Assembly: GCA_964409875.1 (NCBI GenBank)
Contig: CAYPEN010000001.1
Location: 356,275-420,274 of the forward strand
Direction of reading: 5' to 3'
Source: an uncultured Gammaproteobacteria bacterium
GTDB lineage: Bacteria > Patescibacteriota > Microgenomatia > Levybacterales > GWA1-39-11
DNA length: 64,000 nucleotides
The position numbers were made by a program, and so were the translations under genes. This document shows, piece by piece, positions 30,001 to 32,851 of this stretch. The stretch's first letter is position 1; every line of letters begins with the position of its first letter. The notes under the pieces are model-generated. The model saw only the letters and a list, made by a program, of their open reading frames with translations, was not told the origin of the DNA and made no database searches.

Positions 30001-31563
30001 ATCTACTCTGAGAAGCCAGGTTTCAGACTCTCGCAGGTCGGTGGAATCAATGGAGATAAAGCAGTTCCGGTTGCACTTAACGGCCGCGTACCGGTCAAGG
30101 TCAATAATGAAAATGGACCAATTCATAAAGGTGATTACTTGACAACCTCCTCTACTCCGGGTGTTGCGATGAAGGCAACTAAGCCAGGACAGGTCATAGG
30201 TAAAGCATTACAGGACTTTAACGGAGCTAATGGCAAGATTACAGCTTTCGTGAATATCAGCTTTGCAGACCCAGGCAACTTTATTGCCAATCTTACCTCG
30301 GGCGATAAGACACTTTCATCAAGTGTTGTAAGTTCCGATTCAATTAAGCTTCCGCAGAATCTTGTAATTAACGGAAACGTTATCAATGGAAGCCTGTCAG
30401 ATGGTCTTCTTGCCCTCTCAGCAGGAATTAATAATACCCAGAGTGGAATTGACAGAATATCTCTGGCACTAGGCGAGACAAATGCGAAGACAGATGCCAT
30501 TGCCCTTAAGATTGCCTCACTTGAGGAGAAAAATGCATCTAACTCGGCTGCCATCGCAAAGGCCTTAGAGAATGGAGAGGAACTGGACGTCAAAGTCTCC
30601 TCCACCTCATCAGAGCTTGAGAATATTAATGTCAGAATTGAAGCAATACTTTCGCGTCTGAATGCGACAACAGCCTCGAATAGCTCCAATGTAGCGCTAG
30701 CAACCCCATCTGCAACCACAGCAACAGATAGCGCCTCTCCGAGCTATCTTGCAGTAACCGGAGGAAATGTCAGCTCGCCTGATAGCCTTATCAGCCAATC
30801 TGTTCCGACAGTCGATATAGCTACCCGCTCAACAGCTACGCTTCCAGCAGGAGACACCGATTCGCTTACTGTAAGAGACGGTCTCAAGTCTCTTGGCTCA
30901 ACATACCTTGGCAACACTACTGTTACAGGTGCTGTGACCGTTGCCGGACAAGCATACCTGTCCGACACAGACGTTGTAGGCAAGCTCACAGTGAATAACA
31001 CAATTACAATTACTGAAAACGCGGTAAATGTTCTGGGTGAGTCAACATCAAAAGACGAGGTGACCGGTGGCATTTTGTACTTGCAAAACGCTCCGCAAGC
31101 GGTCGGCCTTGATATCTTCTCTGGCAAAGTAACAATTGACAAGAATGGCAACCTCACAACCCAGGGCAGTGTCAATGTAAAAGGTAATCTCAATATTGAA
31201 GGTGCGATAACGGTTACTGCTACTGCGGGTGAGGAAATTAAGGCTCATGATGCGTTATATATCTCTGGCGAAAATACCGTAAAAAGAGCCGATGCAACAA
31301 TTGCCGAGCGTGCAAATGTAGTTGGAATTGCAGCTTCAGACACGAAGAAAGGCGCAATCGTTACTATCATCATAGGTGGGAAAGTAAAAGGATTCAAGAA
31401 CCTGCAGGCAGGAAAGAAGTATTACTTGCAAACAAATGCCGGTATTACCCCTACTCCTCCGCTAGGAAACGCAGTTTCGGTTCCTGTCGGTGTTGCATTC
31501 TCAAAGGATGAACTTCTCATCCAGCTCTCCTCAACGCAAGAGAATACGACCCAATCCAATTAA
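1..31563 (+). CDS. Giant repetitive T/G/N/S-rich fibre-like surface protein/adhesin (>10,520 aa, 5'-truncated by window edge)
   Basis: Frame 1 is stop-free from base 1 (ATDGTITATGDINANSGVLA...) to TAA at 31561-31563, so the TTG at 55 is not the true start. It has GNVGIGTxxP and TYTLPxxDGxxxYVLxTDGxGxLSW motifs typical of phage tail-fibre-like proteins, a LamG-like segment (~27500-27950, MTFGAWVK...WHYVVGVFD...LYVDG...GSIDE), two DxAEY-type domains and a coiled-coil-like stretch (~30430-30670). Confidence 0.93.
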   Translation, partial: ATDGTITATGDINANSGVLATTQSSASLFNTNATTLTIGGAATTLTLGASTGTATINNTTVVAPNSQFGIGTASPISALYVTRPLTLGSTGKALAIFDQIENQDILTASASGVTKFTVSNTGNVTAAGNLDITGTSQLTGNVTTSGDLAVNGGDITTTNATATLFNTNATNLSIGGAATTVSLGAGTGTTTVNNNLSVSGTTTSTGLITANGGLTVASNQTLTANGSVAIDPNGANDITITTDFSAGSYLTITGLDTQTGNTLCVDGSNNVVKCSAASTTLQSAYNGGNTITTSDNRDIAFTLSDTTTDSNFTVTTADNSTSYSAFTRANGAGTSDPSQLILVDNLDTDRAIAAGIKIQAAAGGITNALDVSDPEIVNALSFGLNDIIGTHVTITGSNGNIATDGTVNATGDITTGGDLAVNGATSADVTTTTTTATVFNTNATTLNIGGAATTLTLGASTGTATIANGTVTFSNATAFDALTALARVDSLQVGGGYGSTGVTVSNTGNIQANGTLTVDGLSTLTGGVTSPGNITTTGTGAITSAGTLTASNGLTLTTGALSLTATSGSLSLSGLGASSLNFGANDVTFTSANFNTTSTGINGTAIGATTPSTGNFTNLTTTSNASFSGNLTLAGAPRSIQTTENNTLTLGGNTTGNINLSPLNGVGIVTVNGNTVVSGSNTLTVGTGLTTLGGALNVAGTSTFTGNISQTGATTFSTGTGNVSLNGNTSVTGSNTFTVGTGLTTLGGNLLAQGTASISGDLTLYSIPTIQSAANQSLTLGGNTTGTINLNDNTNVLGSNTFTVGTGATTLGGTLDVAGVATFTNNISQTGTATFSTGTGNVSLNGNTSVTGTNTFTVGTGLTTLGGNLLAQGTASVSGGLTLYTIPTLQSTANQTLTLGGNTTGDISFKPGNNTSTLYLSSAGKVGIGTSNPLYTLDVINGTANTGTGGYGANPGSFSITGPDLAVGAAGGNMVFTTNSNFAADAGGSIALGGRYISASSNDTIFAKIKGAKENSSSNNRNGYLSFATYNHNADLMIERVRIDSNGNVGIGTTSPLATLDVAGSATISGALTLNSVASIQTTNNQSLTLGGNTTGNIYLNNNTQVLGSNTFTLGASAALIDYGTADFRNSSGLTVGEDLATNTPGQIKFIGAGANNFSTTFVAGTQTQNVTYTLPPDDGNSNYVLVTDGSGGLSWQSSSGIGAGTITAVGNVLSGTAFTGSDSSANKGNQLVFEGSTTVDDANDITLTAVNPVSSVTYTLPDIGTNSDIALLAGTQTFTGAKTFSNGINVSGGNATISGTLTFYGGPQSIQTTNASSLTLGGDTTGDIFLRPRNSTGLVHIVHGNNGNGGLILTDSETDATNKTARIKSTAYNSASSLPVTMMLAANSNTKNQLQIGGGSGSEYATTEILFRTATNLTTTAGTIRLYVGGTDGYVGVGDNNITPVAPLDVLNSGSSGNGEKLALRRSGAGDVGLSFQQNGVSAFGIVNKSGAGNGLAFIDNYWEGDTGVEVARFYASSGVGIGTNGSLPLGTLDVRGIFANSGTQPVASLSGTTTFAGLLVDNAGFGDLLTASTSGATKFVVSNNGSLTAYGSITSGQDKPSGTNNVGGQLKLYSEGDNAYSTVFKTQTQTQNVTYTLPADDGSNNYVLTTDGTGALSWQSASGVGAGTITAVGNVMTGTAFTGNDSSAQKGNNLIFEGSTTTDDANDITLTAVNPAASLTYTLPDLGTNGTFAFLEGSQTFTGAKTFSDLTISDTNVSFSGGNTTLNFGANNATIDASNLLTTGNASISGNLTLAGGARSIQSTAFNTLTLGGSTTGNILLRPQNGTGFVGINVANPQSELDLNGVLSFRDVSGFTSDVGTIQYVTGGVGNGYLRFTGQGTNGTLAEFRDCCNSVFSIGTTGNRSGFGYGLDVGGQLRGDTSIGLYADNTNDTYPSVGFTASGTLAFGAGGASATDTTISRFAKGDLRTTNTILQVQGGNTGGRAALIVDQNGSTTNDLITASSSGATKFEVLNGGGIRIAAGNTIDNLTSGTLSIGTVNASTLNLGTATTGTTNVYGGNINLNGNTNVASGNTFTVVSGQAVITGQNSGGATTLRVNNHTSGGSIAVFQNAAVDVFSILNGGNVAATKELSVLGNVSAGTTTSLTSLYVDGQNSKGRAAFIVNQTASSSNDIFAASSSGTTKFLVANNGDTTISGTTNLNGGATVASGQTLSVLGPVSLDPNGANDITLTTDYTAGSYLNVPGLDTQVGTQLCVDGSNNVVKCAAGSNSLQAAYNGGNTITTSDNRDIAFTLTDTATDSKFTITNQGTANAFVINDTNGATNTLLELQSGGVQKLTIDELGNITTAGDVAVNGGDITTTNATATVFNTNATTLQIGEAATNISIGALTGSTTIHNAVNANGLLTANAGAIVPSGQAFDASGSATFVPNGTNSVTIATDADSFLKLTGLTTPGISGNALCIDASNNVTKCSSSTFTLQGAYNGGNTISTSDNRDIAFTLSNTTTDSNFSVTTATDSTGYSAFTRADGAGTSDPSQLVLIQNLDTNRALPVGLKIAGVSGGNVTTALDLTDSNITTAIALGTNNVNGTNFSITGSSGNITTSGDIAVNGGDLTTSQASATLFDTNATTLNLGGAATTLNLGAATGTATIANNTVSLSNATAFNALSALAKVSSLEVGGAYGSTGVTISSTGDIQANGTLTIDGTSTLTGNVTATGDIAVNGGDITSTSGTATLYNSGVSTVNIGSAATTVTLGAATGTTTVNNNLGVTGTLTSTGLAQFNGNALVPNDRSFDASGAATFAPNATNDVTFNTDSDSTIVLNGLQTATGTTLCVDGSNNIVKCSAASITLQSAYNGGNTITTSAGRDIALTLTDANFSATASAGSNGFSQFALANGSNANPANQIVLVENLDTNEGVTTGIKVQASAGGITNGIDLSDPELVNALALGANDVVATNFSITGSNGNIATNGTITATGDINVNSGTLATNQTTANLFNATATTLNIGGVATTLNLGASTGTATINNTTVNLANATTFTANSAAASFDSLTVGGGYGSTGVTVSNTGNIQANGTLTVDGISTLTGNVTTSGTINANGGTIATNQTTANLFTANATTLNIGSAATTVSLGAGSGTTTVNNALTSTGLITANGGLTVSSSQTLTANGPVSIDPNSSNDIAITTDFSAGSYINITGLDTQNGTALCIDGSNNVVKCANAAATLQSAYNNGNTILTSDSKDIAFTLSDTTTDSNFMVMTATGSTGYSAFTRADGAGTADPAQLVLIQNLDTNRAQPIGLKIAGVSGGNITTALDLSDSNITTAIALGTNNISATHFTLTGSNGNIATDGTITATGDITSTGNLAANGGTLSTTNSSANVFNANATTLNIGGAATTVSLGAGSGTTTVNNSLTVSGSAFDALSALARVDSLQVGGGYGSTGVTVSNAGTIQANGNLTIDGTSTLTGNVTATGDIALNGGDLTTTSGTATLFNANATTLNIGGAATTVSIGAGTGTTTVNNNLTVAGNGVYAGTSTFNGDVTISSDRYFNASGSAIFSPAGTESVTVNTDADSFLTLNGLTTPGVAGTTLCIDGSNNVTKCAASTFSLQGAYNGGNTINTSDNRDIAFTLSNTTTDSNFTVTTADGSTGYSVFTRANGSGTSDPAQLVLVDNLDTDRPVAAGIKVQAAAGGITNGIDLSDAEIVNALSLGANDITSTHFTLTGSNGNIATDGTITASGDINANSGTLATNQTTGNLFNATATTLNIGGAATTVSLGAGSGTTTVNNSLTVSGSAFDALSALARVDSLQVGGGYGSTGVTVSNTGNIQANGTLTIDGVSTLTGNITTSGTINANGGTIASTQSSFDLFTSTVTTLNAGTAATTLNLGATTGTATINNATVTLSNATAFNALTALAKVDSLQVGGGYGSTGLTISNAGNIQANGTLTVDGTSTLTGDVTAAGDVAVNGGDITTTAASATLFNTNATTLAIGGAATGLTLGASTGTTTVNNNLVVAKTSTFNGDVTISDSRYLNASGSAIFSPSGTNSVTVNTDADSFLKVTGLTTASGTELCIDGSNNVVKCSGVSVSLQGAYNGGNTIVTSDNRDIAFTLSDTTTDSNFTVTTAAGGSGYSYFALADGTNATPPSQLLLVENLDTNEALPVGIKIQSAAGGITTAIDLSDPEIVTALSLGANDVAATNFSVTGSNGNITTAGDIAVNGADITTSSTGTATVFNTNATTLNIGGAATTYTLGATNATGNIRGTTINFPNATTLSAAGAALTIDSVSVGGGYGSTGTTLSNTGDIQANGNLTIDGTSTLTGNVTTSGDIAVNGGDVTTTAASATLFNTNATTLNIGGAATTLSLGAGTGTTTVNNNLSVSGTTTSTGLVTANGGLTVSSGQTLTASGPVSIDPNGANDITVTTDFAAGSYLIVSGLDTQAGTNVCIDGSNHIVKCANAAVSLQSAYEGGNTIVTSDNRDISFTLSNTTTDSNFTVTTAADSTSYSTFTRANGGSGTNPSQLVLIQNLDSGNALPIGLKIAGVSGGNVTTALDLSDANITTAIALGANSISGTHFTLTGSNGNIATDGTITATGNINANSGTLATSQTTGNLFNTTATTLNIGGAATTYTLGATTATGNIRGTTINFPNATTISAGSAALTIDSLSVGGGYGSTGVSIGNTGNIQANGALTIDGTSTLTGNVTAGGDLAVNGATSADITTTTTTATLFNTNATTLNIGGAATTLSLGAGTGTTTVNNDLAVTGTTTATGLATFNGGATVATGQTFTANGASTFSPDSTNSVTVNTDADSFLKLTGLTTPGTAGSVLCVDASNNVTKCSANTITLQSAYNGGNTINTSNNRDIAFTLTNTATDSNFAVTTATDSTGYSAFTRADGAGISDPAQLVLIKNNDVDRALPVGLKIAGVSGGAVTTAIDLSDANITTALSLGAADVTATNYSITGATGNITTSGDIAVNGGDITTTQASATLFNTNATTLNVGGAATTLNLGAATGTATIANGTVTFSNATAFNALTALAKVDSLQVGGGYGSTGVTIGNTGNIQANGTLTVDGTSTLTGNVTASGDLAVNGATSADITTTTATATLFNTNATTLNIGGAATTLTLGAGGGTTTLTNNLAVTLNDNSVDALDIQEGTNNYINVNTTDGSENISFGNTTTNPTYSFLGTGATTFSGNINANSGTIATNQTTGNVFNTNATTLNIGGAATSYTLGATNATGNVRGTTINFPNATALNASSALATLDSVSVGGGYGSTGTTLSNTGNIQANGTLTVDGISTLTGDVTTSGDVAVNGGDLTTTAATATLFNTNATTLNIGGAATALTLGATTGTTSIRNNLIVSGTSTFNGDVTVSNARSFDASGSATFTPSGTNGVTINTDADSYLTLTGLSSSTGTPICLDGSNHVIACANATLSLQNAYNGGNTIDTSDSRDIAFNLSDTTTDSNFAVTTTTGSTGYSAFTRADGAGTADPAQLVLIQNLDTNRAQPIGLKVAGVSGGNITTGIDLTDSNLTTALALGANNVSATNFSIAGSTGNITTSGDVAVNGGDLTTTNATATLFNANATNLSIGSAATTYTVGSNTATGNIHGTTVNFNNATALNAASALATLDSVSVGGGYGSTGVSISNAGNIQANGDLTIDGASTLTGNSSVGGTFDVTGATTLHSTLAVTSTGTFGGDINANSGTIATNQTTGNIFTTNATTLNIGSAATTVSLGAGSGTTTVNNALTATGLITGNAGVTVPSGQTLSASGQSTFAPNSTNDITFTTDADSTIHITGLSDTTGTPLCLNGTNDVITCSGNSITLQNAYNGGNTIDTSDNRDIAFNLSNTTTDSNFAVTTTTGSTGYSAFTRADGAGTADPAQLVLIKNLDTNRAQPIGLKVAGVSGGNITTGIDLTDSNLTTALALGANNVSATNFSLTGSTGDITTAGDIAVNGGDVTTTSSTGNLFNANATTVNIAGAGTGVTIGANNSGTTTIRNAAVTFSNASTFDALSATAGFDTVNVGGGYGSTGTTLSNTGNIQANGNLTIDGTSLLTGAVTASNGITVSGTTTADIISSKTTANLFNTTATTLNVGGAATTLALGASTGTATINNLTLSLPNATTINATAATANIDTLNVGAGYGSTGVTVSNAGNIQANGDLTIDGLTTLTGNLTETGDIALNGGDLTSSASTFNIVNAGVTTLNIGGAATTVTLGAGTGTTTLNNNLTANLVDNNTDALDIQEASNNYININTTNGSENISFGNTTTNPTYSFLGTGASTFSGNINANSGTIATNQTTGNLFNTTATTLNLGGAATTLTIGATTGTASVRNANVTLPNALVGIGTNSPASALFVTRPANLAFTGKAVAIFDQNENQDIITASASGTTRFTVARTGDVATSGDVNVNGGDIITSTTGTATVFNTNATTLNIGGAATAISIGNGSGSTTVNNALTAAGTISANGGLNVATNQTLQALGQSTFTPSGTNGVTITTDSDSFLTLDGLQSSSGTALCVDGSNHVITCAAASQSLQAAYNNGNTINTSNNRDIAFTLSDTATDSNFTVTTAAGSTSTSKFVLADGSNATPPSQLILIDNADSNQALTSGLKVTASGGAGGGVTTALDVSDSSIVTAIDLGANDIAGTNFSVDGSTGDTTIAGTINANGGTIATTNTSASVFNATATTLNVGGAATSLTLGATTGTASIRNATLSLPNATTVNATGATANFSQVTTGGGYASTGTSITNTGDISAKGNLTIDGTSQLTGALTASAGITVSGASSADLISSKTTANLFNTTATTLNIGGAATTISLGAAGGTTTVNGGLTVASGKTLLAQGQSTFTPSGTNGVTINTDSDSFLTITGLSSVTGSAVCVDGSNHVGTCNAASQSLQAAYNNGNTILTSDNRDIAFTLSDTTTDSKFTVTTATGATGGSEFTRADGAGTADPSQLVLIKNLDTNRALPVGLKIAGVTGGNVTTAIDLSDTNITTALSLGVGDVTATHYTITGSNGNISTDGTLTVKGGTIGTNQASFDLLNATATTINFGGAASTLNIGATGGTATIANDTLSLPNATGINAGSAVLTIDSASIGGGYGSTGIALSNTGDVSANGNLTIDGTSQLTGAVTASAGITVSGASSADLISSKTTANLFNTTATTLNIGGAATTLSLGAAAGTTTVNGNLTVGANKTLTSTGAVSFTPSGTNGVTITTDTDSFLTVPGLTTTVGVQPAVCIDGSNHIVKCDATANNSLQTAYNNGNTIFTSNNRDIAFTLSDTATDSNFTVTTAAGSTSTSKFVLADGSNPTPAAQLVLIDNADANQPATAGLKVTSTGGGGVTTALDVSDASIVTGLALGGSAITGTNFNVASTGDITTAANIAVNGGSITTSGATGSVFDTNATTVTVGSAATSYTLGATTATGNLRGTTINFPNATTISAGSAALNVLSTAIGGGYGSTGLSITNAGDLSTNGNVTVDGTSQLTGAVTASAGITVSGASSADLISSKTTANLFNTTATTLNIGGAATTLSLGAAAGTTTVNGNLTVASSKTLSALGPVSLDPNAANDVTITTDYTAGSYLVIPGLDTQAGSILCVDGSNNVVKCAASSQSLQTTYNAGNTINTSDARDIAFTLSDTTTDSKFTVTTADGSTGYSLFERANGTGVADPSQLILVNNADTNRPVPTGIKVTSSGGGGVTTALDVSDSGITTGLALGATAITGTNFSVTSGGSITAAGDAAINNGNITTTSTGTAAVFNTNATTLNMGGDATAYTLGATTATGNLRGTTINFPNATTISAGSADLNILSTSIGGGYGSTGVTITNAGDISTDGNVVIGGTTTSTGLVTASTGLKVNGASQADITTDKTTATVFNSTATTLKLGEAATTVSIGAGGGTTTVNGALTVASGKTFTANGAVSLAPSGSNGVTINTPNGSSSYLSLLGLTGGAGTSLCIDGSNHVVTCSAGSSAATLQSAYNTGNTINTSDNKDIAFSLSDTSTDSKFTVTTATNSTGGTEFLRADGAGTNDPSQLVLIKNQDTNRALPIGLKVAGVSGGNVTTALDVSDANVVTGLALGASAITGTNFGVATNGDITTGGDIAVNGGDITTSNTTATVFNTNATSVNAFGDATTLILGANNSGTATIRNSTVTLSNATAFNATSATGAFSVLTTGGGYASAGTTIGATGNIQTKGALTIDSTSTLTGLVTASSGIKINGTTSADITTDKTTANIFDSTATTINLGGGATTALNIANGTTNYSAINIGNGNITSGTNTIAIGNGASGTGVEAITIGSTNSSSSLALNAGTGNISLSSAGTLSFTGSGASSTTTFNVPSSLASAFDIKQAGNDYLNISTNGTPSLTFGNGTTNPTYSFAGTGNVTITGDLIVNGGDVSATSGTSVNLFNTAQTTSLNVGGSADVALGGSSKTVTVGGNLTVNGATTSLASTAINLTGNGVTLDQSGTGTLSINTTTNRAITLGSGTLTLNGNTINLAGSAPAIAATTTNAALALDSNGSGALNLQGTNSTGNVNIAGGSGSTGCTITNSTGALVCAGSITSNASTGTVQQGFFTKDYNTKVISNTAGDDYFALATSGGANSLLSLSSSALTTSGVAAFNNAVTISGTAASSTYYGQKLAVTNNQATNADTVYGQYITFTDAGSLANTITGLYVDASTANTADTTYAAVFRNTSGAAGVVGIGTSAPTADLDISSAQTTGNVLKITDNSITSGNFITVSNKNANSVTPSILTLNDRDLTVGGHTDFKAPAGNGTISDVFVYDTTKDSDGGNWTDSDAARSSSWYNETLDHAASTCVEGTDDRCGQRAFPRKAIIVATNSGSNGANVSIYDAKDNSLWMQFQKSGSTDGMIGTATSNTISSVYALNGKLYVGNNGASAGGLYVIDFTRDTAYKYKATGNYNGSLPISSRNSANTWLAYTTTGNSLIPSATINHVRAAYIHGKDYFAVATAGGTRGAVGLFNYTTQTLIANFGANTNSTHVALTPNGTLYYTITSGSNNAIKAKYNAISASGNTQLASVVYGTTSTSNYGATTTDTNTFGSLSFTAGPAPVDATFAPTGLTVVPNSSTVDGTSDVIYAPNADNVLRIDTKYGDETNGMAKYYNANFISEDLIGDIRGYLPFNGSGSLANNTAITGSTVKGNSYISKNANGTGMAYGSGVRGTGLTGMTTDDYICTGSGSTCADDADFDTTTGSMTFGAWVKRSSTGSLQTIMAKMGNANADRAFRLSMSSTDFPTLEVMNGTGTTRTATSGQAITDTTNWHYVVGVFDNSGGNQYLYVDGVQVATTTNTNDSANSGVAFTVGADLSGASNAAADFWNGSIDEPFFTSEVLSATQIQHMYAVGLQALQNHTASRVTGVTGADTYQRLSGGGSAGVGVSTATSVAVDDSNSKVFIGTSDGTTNTGGVSVISNASDSLVDLYSSVNTTKVDDGNNTIAANDVVAVSVSGSPTNGQVLAIGGTNDTTYKVWAETKDVSFQNFIASNYNPFGTTLVQQNLNVNGILSLNNGGIVSTSTNFNIDLPTLSTFSISNSLGTILALTDTATTDTLSLGLAGSRNGAISFQSSGAGISAPTIAADSLGNLTVQTNQSGTNVTVGSGNGAINIVPTSNNNVFVSLGSGGATGDVLYQSNGTTFSTFTDTGRVGVGNFTPTGFKFEVQDSQTASAAAQIYNTSSNTDADGLVVKLGNTSTTTVSTTNHFINFETSGIGIVGSIQGNGGKNVNYKTNGVADFSEYMKKDPNEAIPWGSLVCLGTDGNVHPCNNNGEKAVGVASEFPTFTGGEDLGDSSITVGLSGMVNTVVSSANGDINPGDMIAVSATTGVGVKATQAGAIIGRAVGSYSNADTNATGKILVSVNVGYYDPNNIATHLNWNNGTLTAEGDLVTTGQLSAGTALLGSSGQLSVDANGNMSTTGDIIASSFAITNGKIYSDNNGNLVNQLATDLNGNNNPTKFAFKNAAGMEVMGIDSNGNATISGTLTTNIGNYDLAEDYPTKDATIEAGDVVAIDSDNDTHITKSQKAYDTGVIGIYSEKPGFRLSQVGGINGDKAVPVALNGRVPVKVNNENGPIHKGDYLTTSSTPGVAMKATKPGQVIGKALQDFNGANGKITAFVNISFADPGNFIANLTSGDKTLSSSVVSSDSIKLPQNLVINGNVINGSLSDGLLALSAGINNTQSGIDRISLALGETNAKTDAIALKIASLEEKNASNSAAIAKALENGEELDVKVSSTSSELENINVRIEAILSRLNATTASNSSNVALATPSATTATDSASPSYLAVTGGNVSSPDSLISQSVPTVDIATRSTATLPAGDTDSLTVRDGLKSLGSTYLGNTTVTGAVTVAGQAYLSDTDVVGKLTVNNTITITENAVNVLGESTSKDEVTGGILYLQNAPQAVGLDIFSGKVTIDKNGNLTTQGSVNVKGNLNIEGAITVTATAGEEIKAHDALYISGENTVKRADATIAERANVVGIAASDTKKGAIVTIIIGGKVKGFKNLQAGKKYYLQTNAGITPTPPLGNAVSVPVGVAFSKDELLIQLSSTQENTTQSN
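790..23900 (+). repeat. 16 intragenic repeats marked by C-x9-C followed by LQxAYNxGNTIxTSDNRDIAFTL
   Basis: First Cys codons at 790, 6766, 7384, 8494, 9595, 10741, 12178, 13294, 14437, 16192, 17356, 19471, 20542, 21613, 22684 and 23755. Confidence 0.92.
21268..22538 (+). repeat. Identical 200-bp direct repeat (21268-21467 = 22339-22538) inside the giant gene
   Basis: Base-by-base identity read by eye, including synonymous sites; offset 1071 bp. Confidence 0.88.
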
Positions 31564-31678
31564 GTTTGCTACTTATTGTGGGTCAATCAAAATGCCAAGT
31601 TCACTTTCTTGATATATAAGCAACTAAATAATGTATGTTGCGACTGATTAGTTGCAAATTATTGAGGGTTTCTAACGA

Positions 31679-32781
31679 CTAGTTCTGAGTTGTAATAATT
31701 AATTGAGGAGCAAACTGGCTTTCTTTGCTTCCAAAACTGACTTCTCCCGAAAGAGATTCATCATCTTTCTTTAAGATCCAGCCGAAGTTTGAAGAGCTAC
31801 TATTTAGAAAATCATTCAAGTCAGTCGTCACATTAAAATCAATAGTGCCGGTTTGATTGTTTACGATTGTGTTAGTTGCAGTGGGTAATGAAACGAATGG
31901 CAAAGTACTATTGTTTAGCATATCCCAGGAGGTTGCACAGTCGGTTAGTGTATTTCTTATATTATTATCTACAGAACAGCCCCAAGTTGCGCCTTGTCCC
32001 GTTCCTCGGTCCGGGTTAATTGCACCGTTTATAAATCCATTTCCTTCTACCCAGTCAGATGAGAGCCGATACAGTGAGATGGGGCCTACCTGTAGCGCTC
32101 CAATTATTGGCATTATTTACTATTTTTAATCGTAGGGTTGCATTTGAGATGGTTGAACTTCCTACTGCTGCCTGGATTTGCGATTGGTCAAATTTCACCA
32201 AGGCTCTATTCTTCCCGGTTGACTTCAAACGTAAAAAAGTAGATAGACCTTCATTTTCATTTGGATAATCTTTTTTAATCCATGTATCTGCGGAGGGTGT
32301 TAGTGTAATTGAATTCTGGTTTACTGTGGGATAATCGGATTCAAAGGGCATATTTTCAATCAGGAAATTAGGAGATACCGCTACCTGATTATCGCAGTCC
32401 TGGTTTGCATTTTCATAGACAATACTAAATCGTGCGATAGTATCTCCAAATTGAAATGGGTCACTGCCGAAAGTTCCGGATGTAGAAAATTGTGCCAATG
32501 GTACGATGTTTTGGTCTTGAATGCTATTGTTACTATCAAGCGGAGGATCTGACATATCTTGGGTCGAAGTATTGAGTGCTACCGAAAAAATCTGCAGGTG
32601 AGTTGCTTCCTGTGCAATCGCCAGTTAGGGCAGGAAGAGCAGCAATGTCGCTTGAGGTCCAGGACAAAGAATAATCCCAATTTCCATTGTTGTTATATGT
32701 CGATAAATGCCAGGCAAAAGATGGATTAACAATTCCGAACAAAAATATAAAGAGTCCTGTAAGTACTCCTAACTTTTTCAT
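31679..32781 (-). pseudogene. Secreted DNRLRE-domain-like protein split by two frameshifts (or sequencing errors)
   Basis: Three overlapping ORFs (32536-32781 with signal peptide MKKLGVLTGLFIFLFGIVNPSFA; 32055-32555; 31679-32113) join into one protein with DNRLRE-like motifs: TLTPSADTWI...NRALVKFD...ATLRL...ISLYRLSSDWVEG...FNVT...NFGWILK...FGSKE...PQLII. Confidence 0.72.
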
Positions 32782-32851
32782 TTATTATATTAAGATTACA
32801 TCTATATATGATTTTGTCAACTGATGGCCTTTATATCAAAAGTGTTATTAC

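Noticed and set aside
66-31248. Dozens of minus-strand and alternate-frame ORFs (up to 352 aa) inside the giant gene
   Set aside because: Antisense shadows: the V/P/A-rich translations mirror the ACN/GGN/GCN codon bias of the sense gene, and they have no motifs or expression signals.
1-31563. Prophage interpretation of the tail-fibre-like motifs
   Set aside because: No terminase, capsid, portal or integrase genes in the window; neighbours are host surface and housekeeping genes.
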